NCBI GenBank assembly: GCA_963808855.1
Contig: CAWEHA010000003.1
Location: forward strand, 55,315 to 119,314
From: an uncultured Actinomycetota bacterium
Lineage (GTDB): Bacteria > Actinomycetota > Actinomycetes > Propionibacteriales > Nocardioidaceae
Direction: 5' to 3'
Length of the DNA: 64,000 nt
Part shown: positions 1 to 13,267 of the stretch, piece by piece
Layout of the letters: each line of letters opens with the position of its first letter
Numbering within the stretch: position 1 is the first letter of the stretch
Program-made: the position numbers and the translations under genes
The notes under the pieces: model-generated
What the model was told of the DNA's origin: nothing
The model's input: the letters and a program-made list of their open reading frames with translations, nothing else
Databases searched by the model: none

Positions 1-617
1 GCGGGATCGTCATGCCGTTGCGCACGTCGCGCAGCCGCGCGCCCGGCCACCGGCACGTCGACGGTGACCAGCAGCGTGTCGTAGCCGGCCCGCGCGGCGC
101 GGTCGACCAGCGCCATCGACCGCTCGCGGTCCTTCCACATGTAGAGCTGGAACCAGCGCCGGGCGCCGGGGGCCGCCGCGGCGACGTCCTCGATGCTCGT
201 GGTGCCCATGGTCGACAGGGAGAAGGGGATGCCGGCCGCCTCGGCTGCCGTGGCGCCGGCGATCTCACCCTCGGCGTGCATCATCCGGGTGAAGCCGGTG
301 GGAGCGATGCCGAACGGCAGCGCGGCCCGCTGCCCGAGCACGTCGCGCCCGGTGTCGACCTCGGAGACGTCGCGCAGCACGCCGGGCGCGAACTCGACGT
401 CGGCGAAGGCCTGCCGCGCCCGGGCCAGCGACACCTCGCCGTCGGCCGCGCCGTCGGTGTAGTCGAACGCCGCCCGCGGGGTGCGCCGCTTCGCCACCCG
501 CCGCAGGTCCTCGATGGTGAGCGCCTTCGCCAGCCGCCGCTCCTTGGCCGACCACACCGGCGTGCGGAACCGCACCAGCGGCGCGAGGTCGTGGCGGCGG
601 GGCAGTCGGCGCTCCAT
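1..617 (-). CDS. lldD: FMN-dependent alpha-hydroxy acid oxidase / L-lactate dehydrogenase (runs off window start)
   Basis: Manual translation from ATG 617: [11 protein letters not shown]...[16 protein letters not shown]...[14 protein letters not shown]...[14 protein letters not shown]...[10 protein letters not shown]...[16 protein letters not shown]. Confidence 0.9.
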   Translation of the reverse strand, partial: MERRLPRRHDLAPLVRFRTPVWSAKERRLAKALTIEDLRRVAKRRTPRAAFDYTDGAADGEVSLARARQAFADVEFAPGVLRDVSEVDTGRDVLGQRAALPFGIAPTGFTRMMHAEGEIAGATAAEAAGIPFSLSTMGTTSIEDVAAAAPGARRWFQLYMWKDRERSMALVDRAARAGYDTLLVTVDVPVAGRAAARRAQRHDDP

Positions 618-622
618 CGGGC

Positions 623-1624
623 TTACCAGCGGTCGTGCACGAGGTCGCGGATCTTGCGGTCGTAGAGGTCGCGGACGCCGGCGAGGAAGCCGTCGGTGAC
701 GGCGACGTCGTCGGCCGCCGCGTTGCCGCGGGCCTGCTCGGCGCGGCTGGCGCCGGGGATCACGGTGGTGACGCCGGTTTGCGCCAAGCACCACGCGAGG
801 GCGGCCTGCGCGGACGTCACGTCGTCGCCGAGCTCGGCCCGCACCAGCTCCCCGAACTCCGCGGCGGCCTCGATCCCGACGTCGTAGGGCACGCCCGAGA
901 AGGTCTCGCCGACGTCGAACGCGGCGCCGTCGCGGTTGTACTGGCGGTGGTCGTCGGCGGCGAACGTGGTGGACCGGTCGAACTTGCCGGTGAGCAGGCC
1001 GGAGGCGAGCGGCACCCGGGCCAGGATCGCGACGCCGGACGCCCCGGCCGCCGGCAGCACCTCGTCGAGCGGCTTGAGCCGGAAGGCGTTGAGGATGATC
1101 TGGACCGACGCCACGCCCGGTCGCGCGATCGCCGCCAGCGCCTGGTCGCAGGTCTCGACGCTCACGCCGTACGCCGCGATCGACCCGTCCTCCACCAGCG
1201 CCTCGAGCGCGTCGTAGGTGGCGTCGTCGTCGATCACCGCGGACGGCGGGCAGTGCAGCTGCACCAGGTCGACCCGGTCGACGCCGAGGTTCTCCCGCGA
1301 CCGGTCGATCCACGCCCGGAAGTTCTCCGGCGTGTAGTTCTCCGGCACCTGGTCGACCCGGCGGCCCATCTTGGTGGCGACGGTGAACCCGTCGTGCTCG
1401 GCCGCGAAGGCGCCCACGATCCGCTCGCTGCGGCCGTCGCCGTACACGTCGGCGGTGTCGTAGAAGGTGACACCGGACTCGGCGGCCGCCTCGAGCACGG
1501 CGCGGGCGTCGGCCTCGCTCACCTCGCCCCAGTCGGCGCCGAGCTGCCAGGTGCCGAGCCCGACGGTGGACAGGTCGCGGCCGAGGCGCGGCGCCTCGCG
1601 GTGGGTCAGGGAGTTCGAGGTCAC
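623..1624 (-). CDS. Aldo/keto reductase
   Basis: [40 protein letters not shown] motifs; GTG 1624 overlaps upstream stop (the ORF-track extension to 1906 is spurious). Confidence 0.9.
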   Translation of the reverse strand: MTSNSLTHREAPRLGRDLSTVGLGTWQLGADWGEVSEADARAVLEAAAESGVTFYDTADVYGDGRSERIVGAFAAEHDGFTVATKMGRRVDQVPENYTPENFRAWIDRSRENLGVDRVDLVQLHCPPSAVIDDDATYDALEALVEDGSIAAYGVSVETCDQALAAIARPGVASVQIILNAFRLKPLDEVLPAAGASGVAILARVPLASGLLTGKFDRSTTFAADDHRQYNRDGAAFDVGETFSGVPYDVGIEAAAEFGELVRAELGDDVTSAQAALAWCLAQTGVTTVIPGASRAEQARGNAAADDVAVTDGFLAGVRDLYDRKIRDLVHDRW

Positions 1625-2511
1625 GACCCGACCCTGCCACTCGCATGGTCGCGCCAGCTGTGCTGGGGCTCGTAGCCCAGCACCCGCCGGGCCTTGTCGA
1701 TCGAGAACAGCGTGTCGTTGACGCCGAGCTCGCGCCGCACCTCGACGTCCGGGAACACCTCGGCCACGAGCTCGGCGTTCGGACGCGACATCACCGTGTC
1801 GGCGTTGGCGATGAGGAAGATGTCCACGCCGGTGCCATCGTGGTCGAGTGCCCGGCGCACCGCCTGGGCGCCGTCGCGGGCGTCGATGTAGCTCCACACG
1901 TTCCACTTGCGGAGCCGGGCGTCAGCGTCGAACGACGGGAACCGCTCGTAGTCGTGGGGCTCCATCACGTTGGAGAACCGCAGCCCGATCATCTTGAGGG
2001 CGGGGTCCCAGCGGCAGAGCTGGGCCGCCATCGTCTCCTCGAGCGTCTTGGTGAGCGAGTAGGTGGACTCCGGGCGGGGCGGGTAGTCCTCGTCGACCGG
2101 GAGGTACGGCGGCGGGGTGTCGAACGGCAGACCCTGCACGGTCTCGCTCGACGCCCACACCACGTTGCGGACGCCGGCCCGGCGCGCCGCGGTGAAGACG
2201 TTGAACGTGCTGGTCATGTTGTTGGTGAACGTGAGGTGGTCCGGCGCGAAGCCGGGGGCGGGGATCGCTGCGAGGTGCACGACGGCGTCGACGCCGTCGT
2301 AGTGCTCCTCGAGGCCGAACATCACGTCGACCACCTGCCCGTAGTCGGTGAGCTCGACCGGCACGAACGTCACCCGCGACCACGTCTCCTCGGGGAGGCC
2401 GTCGGGTCGGGCCCGGTCGAGGACCACGACGTCCCATCCGTGCTCGACCAGGTCGGCCACGCAGGCCCGACCCAGCTTGCCGACCCCACCGGTGACGACG
2501 ACCCGTGCCAT
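1621..2511 (-). CDS. NAD-dependent epimerase/dehydratase (extended SDR)
   Basis: [11 protein letters not shown] Rossmann motif, VVHLAA, YSLTK catalytic motif. Confidence 0.9.
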   Translation of the reverse strand: MARVVVTGGVGKLGRACVADLVEHGWDVVVLDRARPDGLPEETWSRVTFVPVELTDYGQVVDVMFGLEEHYDGVDAVVHLAAIPAPGFAPDHLTFTNNMTSTFNVFTAARRAGVRNVVWASSETVQGLPFDTPPPYLPVDEDYPPRPESTYSLTKTLEETMAAQLCRWDPALKMIGLRFSNVMEPHDYERFPSFDADARLRKWNVWSYIDARDGAQAVRRALDHDGTGVDIFLIANADTVMSRPNAELVAEVFPDVEVRRELGVNDTLFSIDKARRVLGYEPQHSWRDHASGRVGS

Positions 2512-2585
2512 GTCGGCAACGTATCCGAGCGCGCGATTGCGCGATTCCCCCTCGGGCCGCGTCTCGGGACGCCTACGGTGAGCCC

Positions 2586-4943
<2,358 letters not shown>

Positions 4944-4986
4944 GCGACCCTTGCACCGCCGTCCAGGGCCGGGCAGGCTGCCGGGC

Positions 4987-6054
4987 ATGCGTCGTCTTCT
5001 CGGGACCCTCGTCGTCGCTGCCTGCGCAGCCCTCCTCGTCACCCCACCCGCCACCGCCGGCCACGACCGCCCGCGGCTGGACGTGCGGCAGACCGTCATC
5101 GACCCGACCGCGGGCTTCCGCGGCCTGGACGCCGTCGACAGCCGCACCGCGTGGGTCTCGGGCGCGAAGGTGGTGGGCACGGCCGTGACGGGCGCGGTGT
5201 ACCGCACCCACGACGGCGGCCGCACCTGGGACGACGTCACGCCGCCCGGCGCCGCGGGCCTGCAGTTCCGCGACGTCGAGGTGCTCGGCCGGCGCACCGT
5301 CGTCGTGCTCGCGATCGGCGAGGGTGAGCTGTCGCGCGTGTACCGCACCACCGACGACGGCCGCACCTGGACCGAGACGTTCCGCAACGTCGACCCGGCC
5401 GCGTTCTACGACTGCGTCGACTTCTACCCCGACGGTCGCACCGGCCTGGTGATGGGCGACCCGGTCGACGGCAAGTTCCAGATCCTGCGCACCGACGACG
5501 GCGGCGCCACCTGGCGGCTGCTGCCGAGCGACCGGATGCCCGACGCCACCGGCGAGTTCGGCTTCGCCGCCAGCGGCGACTGCCTGGTGGTGAACGGGCG
5601 CACCGCCTACTTCGGCACCGGCGGCGAGCGTTCGCGGGTCTTCTCGTCCCGCGACGGCGGCCGGTCCTGGACCGCCACCGACTCCACGATCCCGGCCGGG
5701 GAGGCGGCCGGCGTCTTCGGGTTCGCCTTCGACCGCAGCCACGGCGTCGCCGTCGGCGGCGACTTCAGCGCGCCCGCCGACGGCACCGACGCCTCCGCCG
5801 TCCAGCGAGGCCACCGCTGGAAGAACGGCGGCGACCTCACCCACCTCGCCGAGGACGCCGCCTTCCTGCCGGGCGGCTACCTGGTCGCCACCGGCGAGTC
5901 CGGCGACGTCGCCGGCACCAGCTGGTCGAGCGACGGCGGCCGCTCCTGGCGCCACCTCTCCGACATCGGCTTCCACACCCTCGACTGCACCGGCAATGCC
6001 TGCTGGGCGGCGGGCGGCAAGGGCCGGGTCGCGGTGGTGACCTTCCGGCGGTGA
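4987..6054 (+). CDS. Secreted BNR/Asp-box beta-propeller protein (Ycf48-like)
   Basis: Signal peptide MRRLLGTLVVAACAALL..ATA; repeated S/T-x-D-G-G-x-T/S-W boxes. Confidence 0.85.
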   Translation: MRRLLGTLVVAACAALLVTPPATAGHDRPRLDVRQTVIDPTAGFRGLDAVDSRTAWVSGAKVVGTAVTGAVYRTHDGGRTWDDVTPPGAAGLQFRDVEVLGRRTVVVLAIGEGELSRVYRTTDDGRTWTETFRNVDPAAFYDCVDFYPDGRTGLVMGDPVDGKFQILRTDDGGATWRLLPSDRMPDATGEFGFAASGDCLVVNGRTAYFGTGGERSRVFSSRDGGRSWTATDSTIPAGEAAGVFGFAFDRSHGVAVGGDFSAPADGTDASAVQRGHRWKNGGDLTHLAEDAAFLPGGYLVATGESGDVAGTSWSSDGGRSWRHLSDIGFHTLDCTGNACWAAGGKGRVAVVTFRR

Positions 6055-6082
6055 CCGTTCGCGGGGTGCGTACCGTCGCCCC

Positions 6083-7353
6083 GTGACCAGCCGGAGCGAG
6101 GTCGGCGCCGGGCTCGACCAGGCCCGGCGGACCGCGCTGTACCGCCGCACGCTCGCCGTCGTCGTCGTCTCGCAGGTCTTCGGTGGCGCCGGGCTGGCCG
6201 CGGGGATCACCGTCGGTGCGCTGCTCGCCCAGGACATGCTCGGCGGCGAGGGCGTGGCCGGGCTCCCGACCGCACTGTTCACGCTGGGGTCGGCGGCGGC
6301 CGCGTTCGCGGTCGGTCGCTCCACCCAGCGGGCGGGACGGCGGGTCGGTCTCGCCGGCGGCTTCCTCGCCGGGGCGGTGGGCGCCGTCGGGATCGTGGTG
6401 GCCGCGGTGGTCGACAGTCCGGTGCTGCTCTTCGTGTCCCTCTTCGTCTACGGCTCGGGCACCGCCACGAACCTCCAGGCGCGCTACGCGGGCACGGACC
6501 TGGCGCCCGACGACCAACGCGCCACCGCCGTCTCGGTGGCGCTGGTGTCGACGACGTTCGGCGCGGTGGCGGGGCCCAACCTGGTCGAGCCGCTGGGCCA
6601 CCTGGCCACAGGGCTCGGCCTCCCCGCCCTCACCGGCCCGTTCCTGCTCGCCGCCGCCGCCTACGGCGTGGCCGGGGCGGTGCTGTTCGCGTTCCTGCGC
6701 CCCGACCCGTTGCTCGTGGCCCGCGCGCTCGCCGAGCCCGTGACCGGCACCGACCCCGCCGACACCACCGACACCGCCGCTCCGCGGGACGCCCGACCGC
6801 ACGGCAGCGGCGTGGCGGTGGGCGCGACGATCATGGTGCTCACCCAGATCGCCATGGTCGCGATCATGACGATGACGCCGGTCCACATGCGGCACCACCA
6901 CCACGACCTGGGCGAGGTGGGGTTCGTGATCGGCATGCACGTCGGCGCGATGTTCCTGCCCTCGCTGGTCACCGGCCGCCTCGTCGACCGGCTCGGCCGG
7001 CTCACGATGGCCGGCGCCTCCGCGGCGACGCTCCTGGCCGCGGGTCTCGTCGCCGCCCTCGTCCCCGGTGACTCCTTGGCGCTCCTCACCGTCGCCCTGG
7101 TGCTGCTCGGTCTGGGCTGGAACTTCGGCCTGATCAGCGGCACCGCACTGATCGTCGACTCCACGCCGCTGGCCACTCGGGCCCGCACCCAGGGTGCCGT
7201 CGACGTGCTCATCGCGCTCGCGGGCGCCGGCGGCGGAGCGGCGTCGGGCGTCGTCGTCGGCGCCTCGAGCTTCGCCACACTGTCGCTCGCCGGTGGCTTC
7301 CTGGCCCTCGCGCTCGTCCCGTCGTGGCCTGGCACCGGGCCGCCATCCGGTGA
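6083..7353 (+). CDS. MFS transporter (apparent 1-nt deletion near 7320)
   Basis: 12 hydrophobic segments, GRLVDRLGR motif; restoring one C at gtccc|gtc gives ...LVPVVAWHRAAIR-stop at 7351-7353, overlapping the next GTG. Confidence 0.8.
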
Positions 7354-8531
7354 GGCGGACACCGCTCCTCGTCGCGGGGCTCCTGCTCATCGGGCTCAAC
7401 CTGCGGCCGGCCGTGGCCTCGGTGGGGCCGGTCCTCTCCGAGGTGCAGGCCGACACCGGCCTGGGCTCCATCGGCGCCGGTGTGCTCACCGCGATGCCCG
7501 TGCTCTGCTTCGGCGGCTTCGCGTTCGTGGTGCCGGGCCTCGCCCGGCGGCTCGGCGTGCACCGGCTGCTGGGCGTGGCGCTGACCGTGCTCGCGGCCGG
7601 CCTCCTGGTGCGCCTGCACCCCTCGACCCTCGCCCTGTTCGCCGGCACCGTGCTCGCGGGCGCCGCGATCGCGGTCGGCAACACCACCGTGCCCGCCGTG
7701 GTGAAGACCGACCTCGCCCACCGCACCGGGGCCGTGATGGGGCTCTACTCGATGAGCCTGTCGCTCGGAGCAGCCCTCGCCTCGGGCCTCACGGTGCCGA
7801 TCGCGACCCGGCTCGACGACGACTGGCGGCCGGCGCTCGCCGTCTGGGCGCTGCCGGCGCTGCTCGCGCTGGTCGCGTGGTCGCCGCAGCTGCGGCGCGG
7901 CCCGGCGCCGACGCCGCCCGACGACGCGACGCCGAGGCCGCGGCTGCTCCACGACCGGGCGGCGCTCGCCGTCACCGCGTTCATGGGCGTGCAGAGCCTC
8001 GGCTTCTACGCCACGCTCACCTGGGCCCCGAGCGTGCTCGTGGACGCCGGGCTCTCGGCCGCGGCCGGCGGCTGGCTGCTGGCGCTGTCGACGGTGCCGA
8101 GCATGCTGGCGTCGCTGGTCACGCCGTCGCTGGCCGAGCGGAGCAGACCCGCGTGGCTGCCGGTCGTGCTCTCGGCCGCGGTGTGCGGGGTCGGCTACGT
8201 GGGCCTCGCGGTCGCCCCGCGGGAGGGCGCCGCGGTGTGGATGCTCGCGCTCGGGGCCGGCCAGGGCGCCTCGCTCAGCCTCGCGCTCGGCGCGATCGTG
8301 TGGCGCAGCCCCGACCCGGTGCACGCCGCCCGGCTGTCCACGATGGCGCAGGGCTTCGGCTACCTGATCGCCGCCGCCGGCCCCGCGCTCGTCGGCGTCC
8401 TCCACGCGGCCACCGGCGACTGGACGCTCGCGCTGGCGGTGCTGTTCGCGCTGCTGCTCCCCCAGGTGTGGGCGGGCACGGTGGCCATCCGACCGGCCTC
8501 GCGTGGCACTAGCGATAGGAAGGACCCATGA
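7350..8531 (+). CDS. CynX/NimT-like MFS transporter
   Basis: VRRTPLLVAGLLLIGLNLRPAVASVGP, ARLSTMAQGFGY motifs. Confidence 0.85.
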   Translation: MRRTPLLVAGLLLIGLNLRPAVASVGPVLSEVQADTGLGSIGAGVLTAMPVLCFGGFAFVVPGLARRLGVHRLLGVALTVLAAGLLVRLHPSTLALFAGTVLAGAAIAVGNTTVPAVVKTDLAHRTGAVMGLYSMSLSLGAALASGLTVPIATRLDDDWRPALAVWALPALLALVAWSPQLRRGPAPTPPDDATPRPRLLHDRAALAVTAFMGVQSLGFYATLTWAPSVLVDAGLSAAAGGWLLALSTVPSMLASLVTPSLAERSRPAWLPVVLSAAVCGVGYVGLAVAPREGAAVWMLALGAGQGASLSLALGAIVWRSPDPVHAARLSTMAQGFGYLIAAAGPALVGVLHAATGDWTLALAVLFALLLPQVWAGTVAIRPASRGTSDRKDP

Positions 8532-9787
8532 CCGACGACCCGGACTCAGACCTGGCCTCCGAGCTCGTCGCGCTCCGCCGCCGGCTGCACGCGCATCCGG
8601 AGGTGGGCCTCCAGCTGCCGGTCACGCAGGCCACGGTGCTGGAGGCGCTCGACGGGCTGCCGCTCGAGGTCACCACCGGGTCGGCGCTGACGTCGGTGGT
8701 GGCCGTGCTGCGCGGCGGACGGCCCGGGCCGGCGGTGCTGCTGCGCGGCGACATGGACGCCCTGCCCGTCACCGAGGCCACCGGTCTCGACTTCGCGAGC
8801 ACCGTCGACGGCGCGATGCACGCGTGCGGGCACGACCTGCACACCGCGATGCTCGTCGGGGCGGCGCGGCTGCTGGCTGCGCGTCGCGACGAGCTCGCCG
8901 GCGACGTCGTCCTCATGTTCCAGCCCGGCGAGGAGGGGTGGGACGGCGCCGGGCACATGGTGGCCGAGGGCGTGCTCGACGCCGCCGGCCGCCCGCTCAC
9001 TGCGGCGTACGGCGTGCACGTGGTGGCCGCCCGGTTCGGCCGCGGCGTGTTCACCACCCGGCCCGGCCCGCTGCTGGCGGCGAGCGACAAGCTGCTCGTC
9101 ACCGTGCGCGGCGAGGGCGGCCACGGCTCGGCGCCGCACCGCGGCCGCGACCCCGTCGTCGCCGCGGCCGAGATCGTCACCTCGCTGCAGAGCATGGTCA
9201 CCCGCCGCTTCGACGTCTTCGACCCCGTCGTGCTCACGATCGGCTCGCTGCACGCCGGCACCGCCCACAACGTCATCCCCGACACCGCCGAGCTCGCGGG
9301 CACCGTGCGCTCCTTCTCCCCCGAGGCCCGCGAGCGGATGCGCGCCCTCGCCCCCGAGGTGTGCCGCCAGGTCGGCGCCGCGCACGGCGTCCGGGTCGAC
9401 GTCGACTACGTCGAGGAGTACCCGCTCACCGTCAACGACGAGCAGGAGACGGCGTTCACCGCCGACGTCGTGCGCGACCTGTTCGGCGCCGACCGCTTCG
9501 ACCCGCTCCCCACTCCGATGACCGGCGCCGAGGACTTCTCCCGCGTGCTCGCCGAGGTGCCCGGCTGCTTCGTCTTCCTCGGCGCCCACGCGGGCGGCGG
9601 CGTCGAGGCGGCCGACAACCACAGCCCCCGCGCCGTCTTCGACGACGCCGTCCTCACCGACGGCGCCCTCCTCCTCGCCGAGCTCGCGCTGCGGCGGCTG
9701 GGGCAGGAGCGGCTGAAAGTTCCGGCCCCGGCGATACAACCTGCCCGCCCGGTGGCGGCATCTGTGGTGGTGTGGAGGCCACGATGA
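8528..9787 (+). CDS. M20 family amidohydrolase (hippurate hydrolase-like)
   Basis: LHAHPEVG, RGDMDALP, MHACGHDLH, FQPGEEG, GGHGSAPH, GAEDF. Confidence 0.92.
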   Translation: MTDDPDSDLASELVALRRRLHAHPEVGLQLPVTQATVLEALDGLPLEVTTGSALTSVVAVLRGGRPGPAVLLRGDMDALPVTEATGLDFASTVDGAMHACGHDLHTAMLVGAARLLAARRDELAGDVVLMFQPGEEGWDGAGHMVAEGVLDAAGRPLTAAYGVHVVAARFGRGVFTTRPGPLLAASDKLLVTVRGEGGHGSAPHRGRDPVVAAAEIVTSLQSMVTRRFDVFDPVVLTIGSLHAGTAHNVIPDTAELAGTVRSFSPEARERMRALAPEVCRQVGAAHGVRVDVDYVEEYPLTVNDEQETAFTADVVRDLFGADRFDPLPTPMTGAEDFSRVLAEVPGCFVFLGAHAGGGVEAADNHSPRAVFDDAVLTDGALLLAELALRRLGQERLKVPAPAIQPARPVAASVVVWRPR

Positions 9788-10335
9788 GCGCGGACGAGAC
9801 GCTGGTGACGACGGCCGGCTCGGCCGCCGACCGGGATGCCGAGTTCGCCGAGTTCTTCGCCACGGCCTGGCCGCGGATGTTCCGCACCGCGTTCGCGGTC
9901 AGCGGCGACGCCGGCGCTGCCGAGGACGCCACCCAGAACGCCTTCGCCAAGGCGTACGCGTCGTGGCATCGGGTGCGCGGGGCGGACCACCCGGAGGCGT
10001 ACGTGCGCCGGATGGTGGTCAACGAGGTGCTCGGACTCCGCCGACGTGGGTGGTGGCGGCGGGAACGTGCCCAGGACGACAGCACGCTCGACGCGCTCGC
10101 GGTCGGGTCGCTCGAGGGCGAGGCGGTCGACCGCGCCGCGCTCTGGGCGGCCGTGCAGACGCTCGCGCCACGGCAGCGCGCCGTGATCGTGCTGCGGTAC
10201 TACGAGGACCTCTCGGAGTCGGAGATCGCCGCCGTCCTCGGCTGCCGGCCCGGCACCGTCAAGTCCCAGGCCTCCGCCGCACTCGCCACCTTGCGCAGGC
10301 TGACCGCCGAGTCGGACCAGGAGGACCTGTCATGA
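9784..10335 (+). CDS. ECF sigma-70 factor (SigE-like)
   Basis: AEDATQNAFAKAY region 2; RQRAVIVLRYYEDLSESEIAAVLGCRPGTVKSQ region 4. Confidence 0.92.
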   Translation: MSADETLVTTAGSAADRDAEFAEFFATAWPRMFRTAFAVSGDAGAAEDATQNAFAKAYASWHRVRGADHPEAYVRRMVVNEVLGLRRRGWWRRERAQDDSTLDALAVGSLEGEAVDRAALWAAVQTLAPRQRAVIVLRYYEDLSESEIAAVLGCRPGTVKSQASAALATLRRLTAESDQEDLS

Positions 10336-11438
10336 GCGCCACCCAGCTGCACGACGCCATCGCGGACGTGGTCGACCAGGTCACGCCCCCACCCGGTGAC
10401 CTCACCACGGTGCGGGCGCGCGGCCACCGGATCCGACGCCGCCGGCGCGGGCTCGCCGCCGCGGCTGCCACGACCGCGGTCGTCGCCGTCGGCGCCGTCG
10501 TCGGCGTCGTCGTCGCCACTCCCGACGGAGCCGGGAAGACCGACGGCGGTCAGGTGCTCGACCCGGTCGGCACGCTCGACCTGTCCGCCGGCCTCCGCGC
10601 GGTCGGGACGCCCGACGGCGCCGAGATCCACCTCGGCGGACGCACCTTCTCCGGGGGCGAGCTCCCCTCGGACCTCGACACCGACGCGGTCGTCACCGAC
10701 GCCGGAGTCGTGTTCTACCGCGACTCCTCCCCGTACCTGCTCGACGCCGCCGGCGAGTTCACCCAGCTCGATGCGGCACCGCGCGGGGGCGCTGACGTCC
10801 GCCCGACCGCCAAGGCCGACGGCGCGCTGGTGGCCTACGGGCTGCCCGCCGAGGGCGGGATGGAGGTCGTGGTGCACGACCTCGCGGCCGACCGCGAGCT
10901 GGCCCGCCGGATGGTCGAATGCGACGGCGCCGCGTGCGGCGACCTGGTCATCGACGCCCTCGACGACGGCGCCGTGTTCCTCCGCACGTCGACCGGCACG
11001 GTGTCGTGGGACTACGCGTCCGACGAGATCGAGCCCTTCACGACCGGCGCGACCCGGGTGGCCGACGTCCGCAACGGCGTCGTGCTCTACGACGGTCCGC
11101 AGCCCGCCACCCCGGCCGCCAAGCGGTACCGGCTGGTCCGCGGCGCGATCGACGCACAGCTCACCCTCGACGGGCGCTACGTCGTGTCCTGGTCGAGCCG
11201 GCTGCGGCCCACCACCCCCGGCGACCCGGTGGTCGTCCTCGACCAGCCCGGGGCCGGCGTCGGCTACGCGTTCTGGGCGATCGACACCGACGGTTCGGTC
11301 CTGGTCGCCGTTCCCAGCCCGAGGGGAGCCACGGCGCGGGTGTTCGACTGCCCGGTCTCCGACGGACCGTGCGACGTGGTGGTCGACGAGCTCGACACCA
11401 TGAGCGGCGACCCGGTGTTCATCGGCGTCGACATGTGA
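10332..11438 (+). CDS. Putative membrane anti-sigma factor
   Basis: Coupled (ATGA) to the ECF sigma; RGHRIRRRRR basic patch, one TM helix, extracytoplasmic beta-rich domain. Confidence 0.65.
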   Translation: MSATQLHDAIADVVDQVTPPPGDLTTVRARGHRIRRRRRGLAAAAATTAVVAVGAVVGVVVATPDGAGKTDGGQVLDPVGTLDLSAGLRAVGTPDGAEIHLGGRTFSGGELPSDLDTDAVVTDAGVVFYRDSSPYLLDAAGEFTQLDAAPRGGADVRPTAKADGALVAYGLPAEGGMEVVVHDLAADRELARRMVECDGAACGDLVIDALDDGAVFLRTSTGTVSWDYASDEIEPFTTGATRVADVRNGVVLYDGPQPATPAAKRYRLVRGAIDAQLTLDGRYVVSWSSRLRPTTPGDPVVVLDQPGAGVGYAFWAIDTDGSVLVAVPSPRGATARVFDCPVSDGPCDVVVDELDTMSGDPVFIGVDM

Positions 11439-11441
11439 GGC

Positions 11442-11966
11442 ATGCGGTTGGCTGGACCCATGATCCCGACCGCGGATGTGACGACCAGGGACGAGCTGCT
11501 GCTGTGGCTCGACTCCAAACGGCAGCACGTACGACGGCAGCTCGAGGCGCTCGCCGAGACAGACCGGCGGCGGTCGCAGGTGCCGTCGGGATGGACACCG
11601 CTGGGCGCCGTGCAGCACCTGGCCCTCGACGTCGAGCGGGTCTGGTTCCGCGCCGTGATGGCCGGTGAGCAGGTCGAGCTCCCGCAGGGCTACGAGGGCT
11701 GGACGGTGTCGCCCGATCGCACGAGCGCCGAGGTGCTCGAGGAGTACGAGACCGAGTGCCGGCTCGCCGACGACGCCGTCCGCGACCTCGCGCTCGACGC
11801 CGCACCGGTGTGGTGGTTCGAGGGCGCCGGCACCCCGCCGTACACGACGCTGCGCGAGGTGCTGCTGCACGTGCTCGTCGAGACCGCCACCCATGCCGGT
11901 CACCTCGACATCTGCCGCGAGCTCGCCGACGGCGGGCAGCGGCTGGTGCTCGACCGGCCCGACTAG
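11442..11966 (+). CDS. DinB/DUF664 family protein
   Basis: SGWTPLGAVQHLA and HVLVETATHAGHLDICRELADG; alternative start ATG 11460. Confidence 0.85.
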   Translation: MRLAGPMIPTADVTTRDELLLWLDSKRQHVRRQLEALAETDRRRSQVPSGWTPLGAVQHLALDVERVWFRAVMAGEQVELPQGYEGWTVSPDRTSAEVLEEYETECRLADDAVRDLALDAAPVWWFEGAGTPPYTTLREVLLHVLVETATHAGHLDICRELADGGQRLVLDRPD

Positions 11967-12502
11967 CCGGGCGGCAGGCGAACACCGAGCCACTGCTCGG
12001 CCCCGAACTCCTCGAACCGGTCGACCTCGGTGAAGCCGAGGCGCTGTGCGAGCCGGACCGAAGCCACGTTGGCCACCTGGGTGCAGACCACCACCGGCTG
12101 GCCGGGCAGCACGCTCGTCACCCAGTCCAGCGCGGCGCCGACCGCCTCGGTGGCGTACCCGGCACCCCAGGCCGCGGGCAGGAACAGGTAGCTGACCTCG
12201 ACGTCATGGCCGTCGAGATGCACACGGCCGGGGCGTTCGGGATCGCGTCGGTCGAAGGTGACGGTCCCGACGAACTCACCGTCGCGCTCGACCGCGAAGA
12301 ACCCCGGGCGGTCGCCCGGAAGCGCCGGCACGACGCGCTCGAGCTCGGCGCGATCCCGCGGCCCGCCGAGGTAGCGGTAGACCTCAGCCGATGCGTGCAG
12401 CTCGATCAGCCCGGCACGATCGCCGGACGCGGAGCGGCGCAGCGTCAACCGCTCGGTGTGGATCGGCTCCGGCGGCCACGCGACCGCTCCGAGCCCTGCC
12501 AC
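11963..12502 (-). CDS. GNAT (RimJ/RimL-type) N-acetyltransferase
   Basis: IHTERLTLR, AWGAGYATEA, NVASVRLAQRLGF; start uncertain (12502 or 12526). Confidence 0.88.
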   Translation of the reverse strand: MAGLGAVAWPPEPIHTERLTLRRSASGDRAGLIELHASAEVYRYLGGPRDRAELERVVPALPGDRPGFFAVERDGEFVGTVTFDRRDPERPGRVHLDGHDVEVSYLFLPAAWGAGYATEAVGAALDWVTSVLPGQPVVVCTQVANVASVRLAQRLGFTEVDRFEEFGAEQWLGVRLPPG

Positions 12503-12711
12503 CCGCGCACGATAGCCGGGCGGCACGCTACGAAAGGACCGCTCGAGCTCACGCTCCCGCCGCTGCTCGGGATGGGTCGCGGTGGGCCAGGGTGAGCGAC
12601 GCGAACAGTGTGAGCGCGACGTGATCGAAAGGCCCGCCCATGCCGATGTGCCGACGTGCGTCTCTCCGAGAAACTGGCCGCAGTGTCAGCCCCTGCTGAG
12701 AGAATCAGTGC

Positions 12712-13170
12712 GTGAGCAGCCTCAACCCCGAAGACGTCTATGCCGCAGTCCGCGCCATCCCGGTGGGCGCCGTGCTCACGTACGGCGACCTTGCCGAGCG
12801 CGTGGGCCTCACTCGTAATCACGCCCGCGCGGTCGGCAACGTGCTCGGGAACCGGCCCGACAACGACGCCTGGATGACCACCCCTGCCGAGGACCATGAC
12901 ATTCCTTGGTGGCGAGTCGTGAAGGCTGATGGCACGCTGCTGGCCGATCAGGACGACAACGGGTGGGTTGATTGGGCCAAGTCCGTGCTGGTCAGCGAGG
13001 GTGTGGCCTTCACCGACGATGGACGCGTGGCCAGCCTCGCCACTGCCCGCCGCCACCCGAGCGGCAGTGGTACGCGCACGTCTCAGGCGAAGCCGTACCT
13101 CGCGCCCGAACCCTGCTGGAAGCACGAGACCATTCAGTACTCCTGCCGAGAGTGCGCGCCGAGCTGCTAG
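12712..13170 (+). CDS. Alkyltransferase-like (ATL, MGMT-family) protein
   Basis: IPVGAVLTYGDLA, ARAVGNVL, and PWWRV in place of catalytic PCHRV. Confidence 0.85.
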   Translation: MSSLNPEDVYAAVRAIPVGAVLTYGDLAERVGLTRNHARAVGNVLGNRPDNDAWMTTPAEDHDIPWWRVVKADGTLLADQDDNGWVDWAKSVLVSEGVAFTDDGRVASLATARRHPSGSGTRTSQAKPYLAPEPCWKHETIQYSCRECAPSC

Positions 13171-13267
13171 GCCCACGCAGTGGCCAACCACATCTCAACC
13201 GCACTCACATGCCGCATGGAGCGCGGCCCTGCCGCGAGCGGACGCAACCTGCTGCGAAGATGCCCGC

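Noticed and set aside
6083-8512. 809-aa double-length MFS fusion
   Set aside because: The second half is out-of-frame junk; one missing base explains it as two separate MFS genes.
9700-9787. C-terminal extension of the M20 enzyme overlapping the sigma promoter region
   Set aside because: Could be a lost stop or simple overlap; cannot be distinguished and has no motif.
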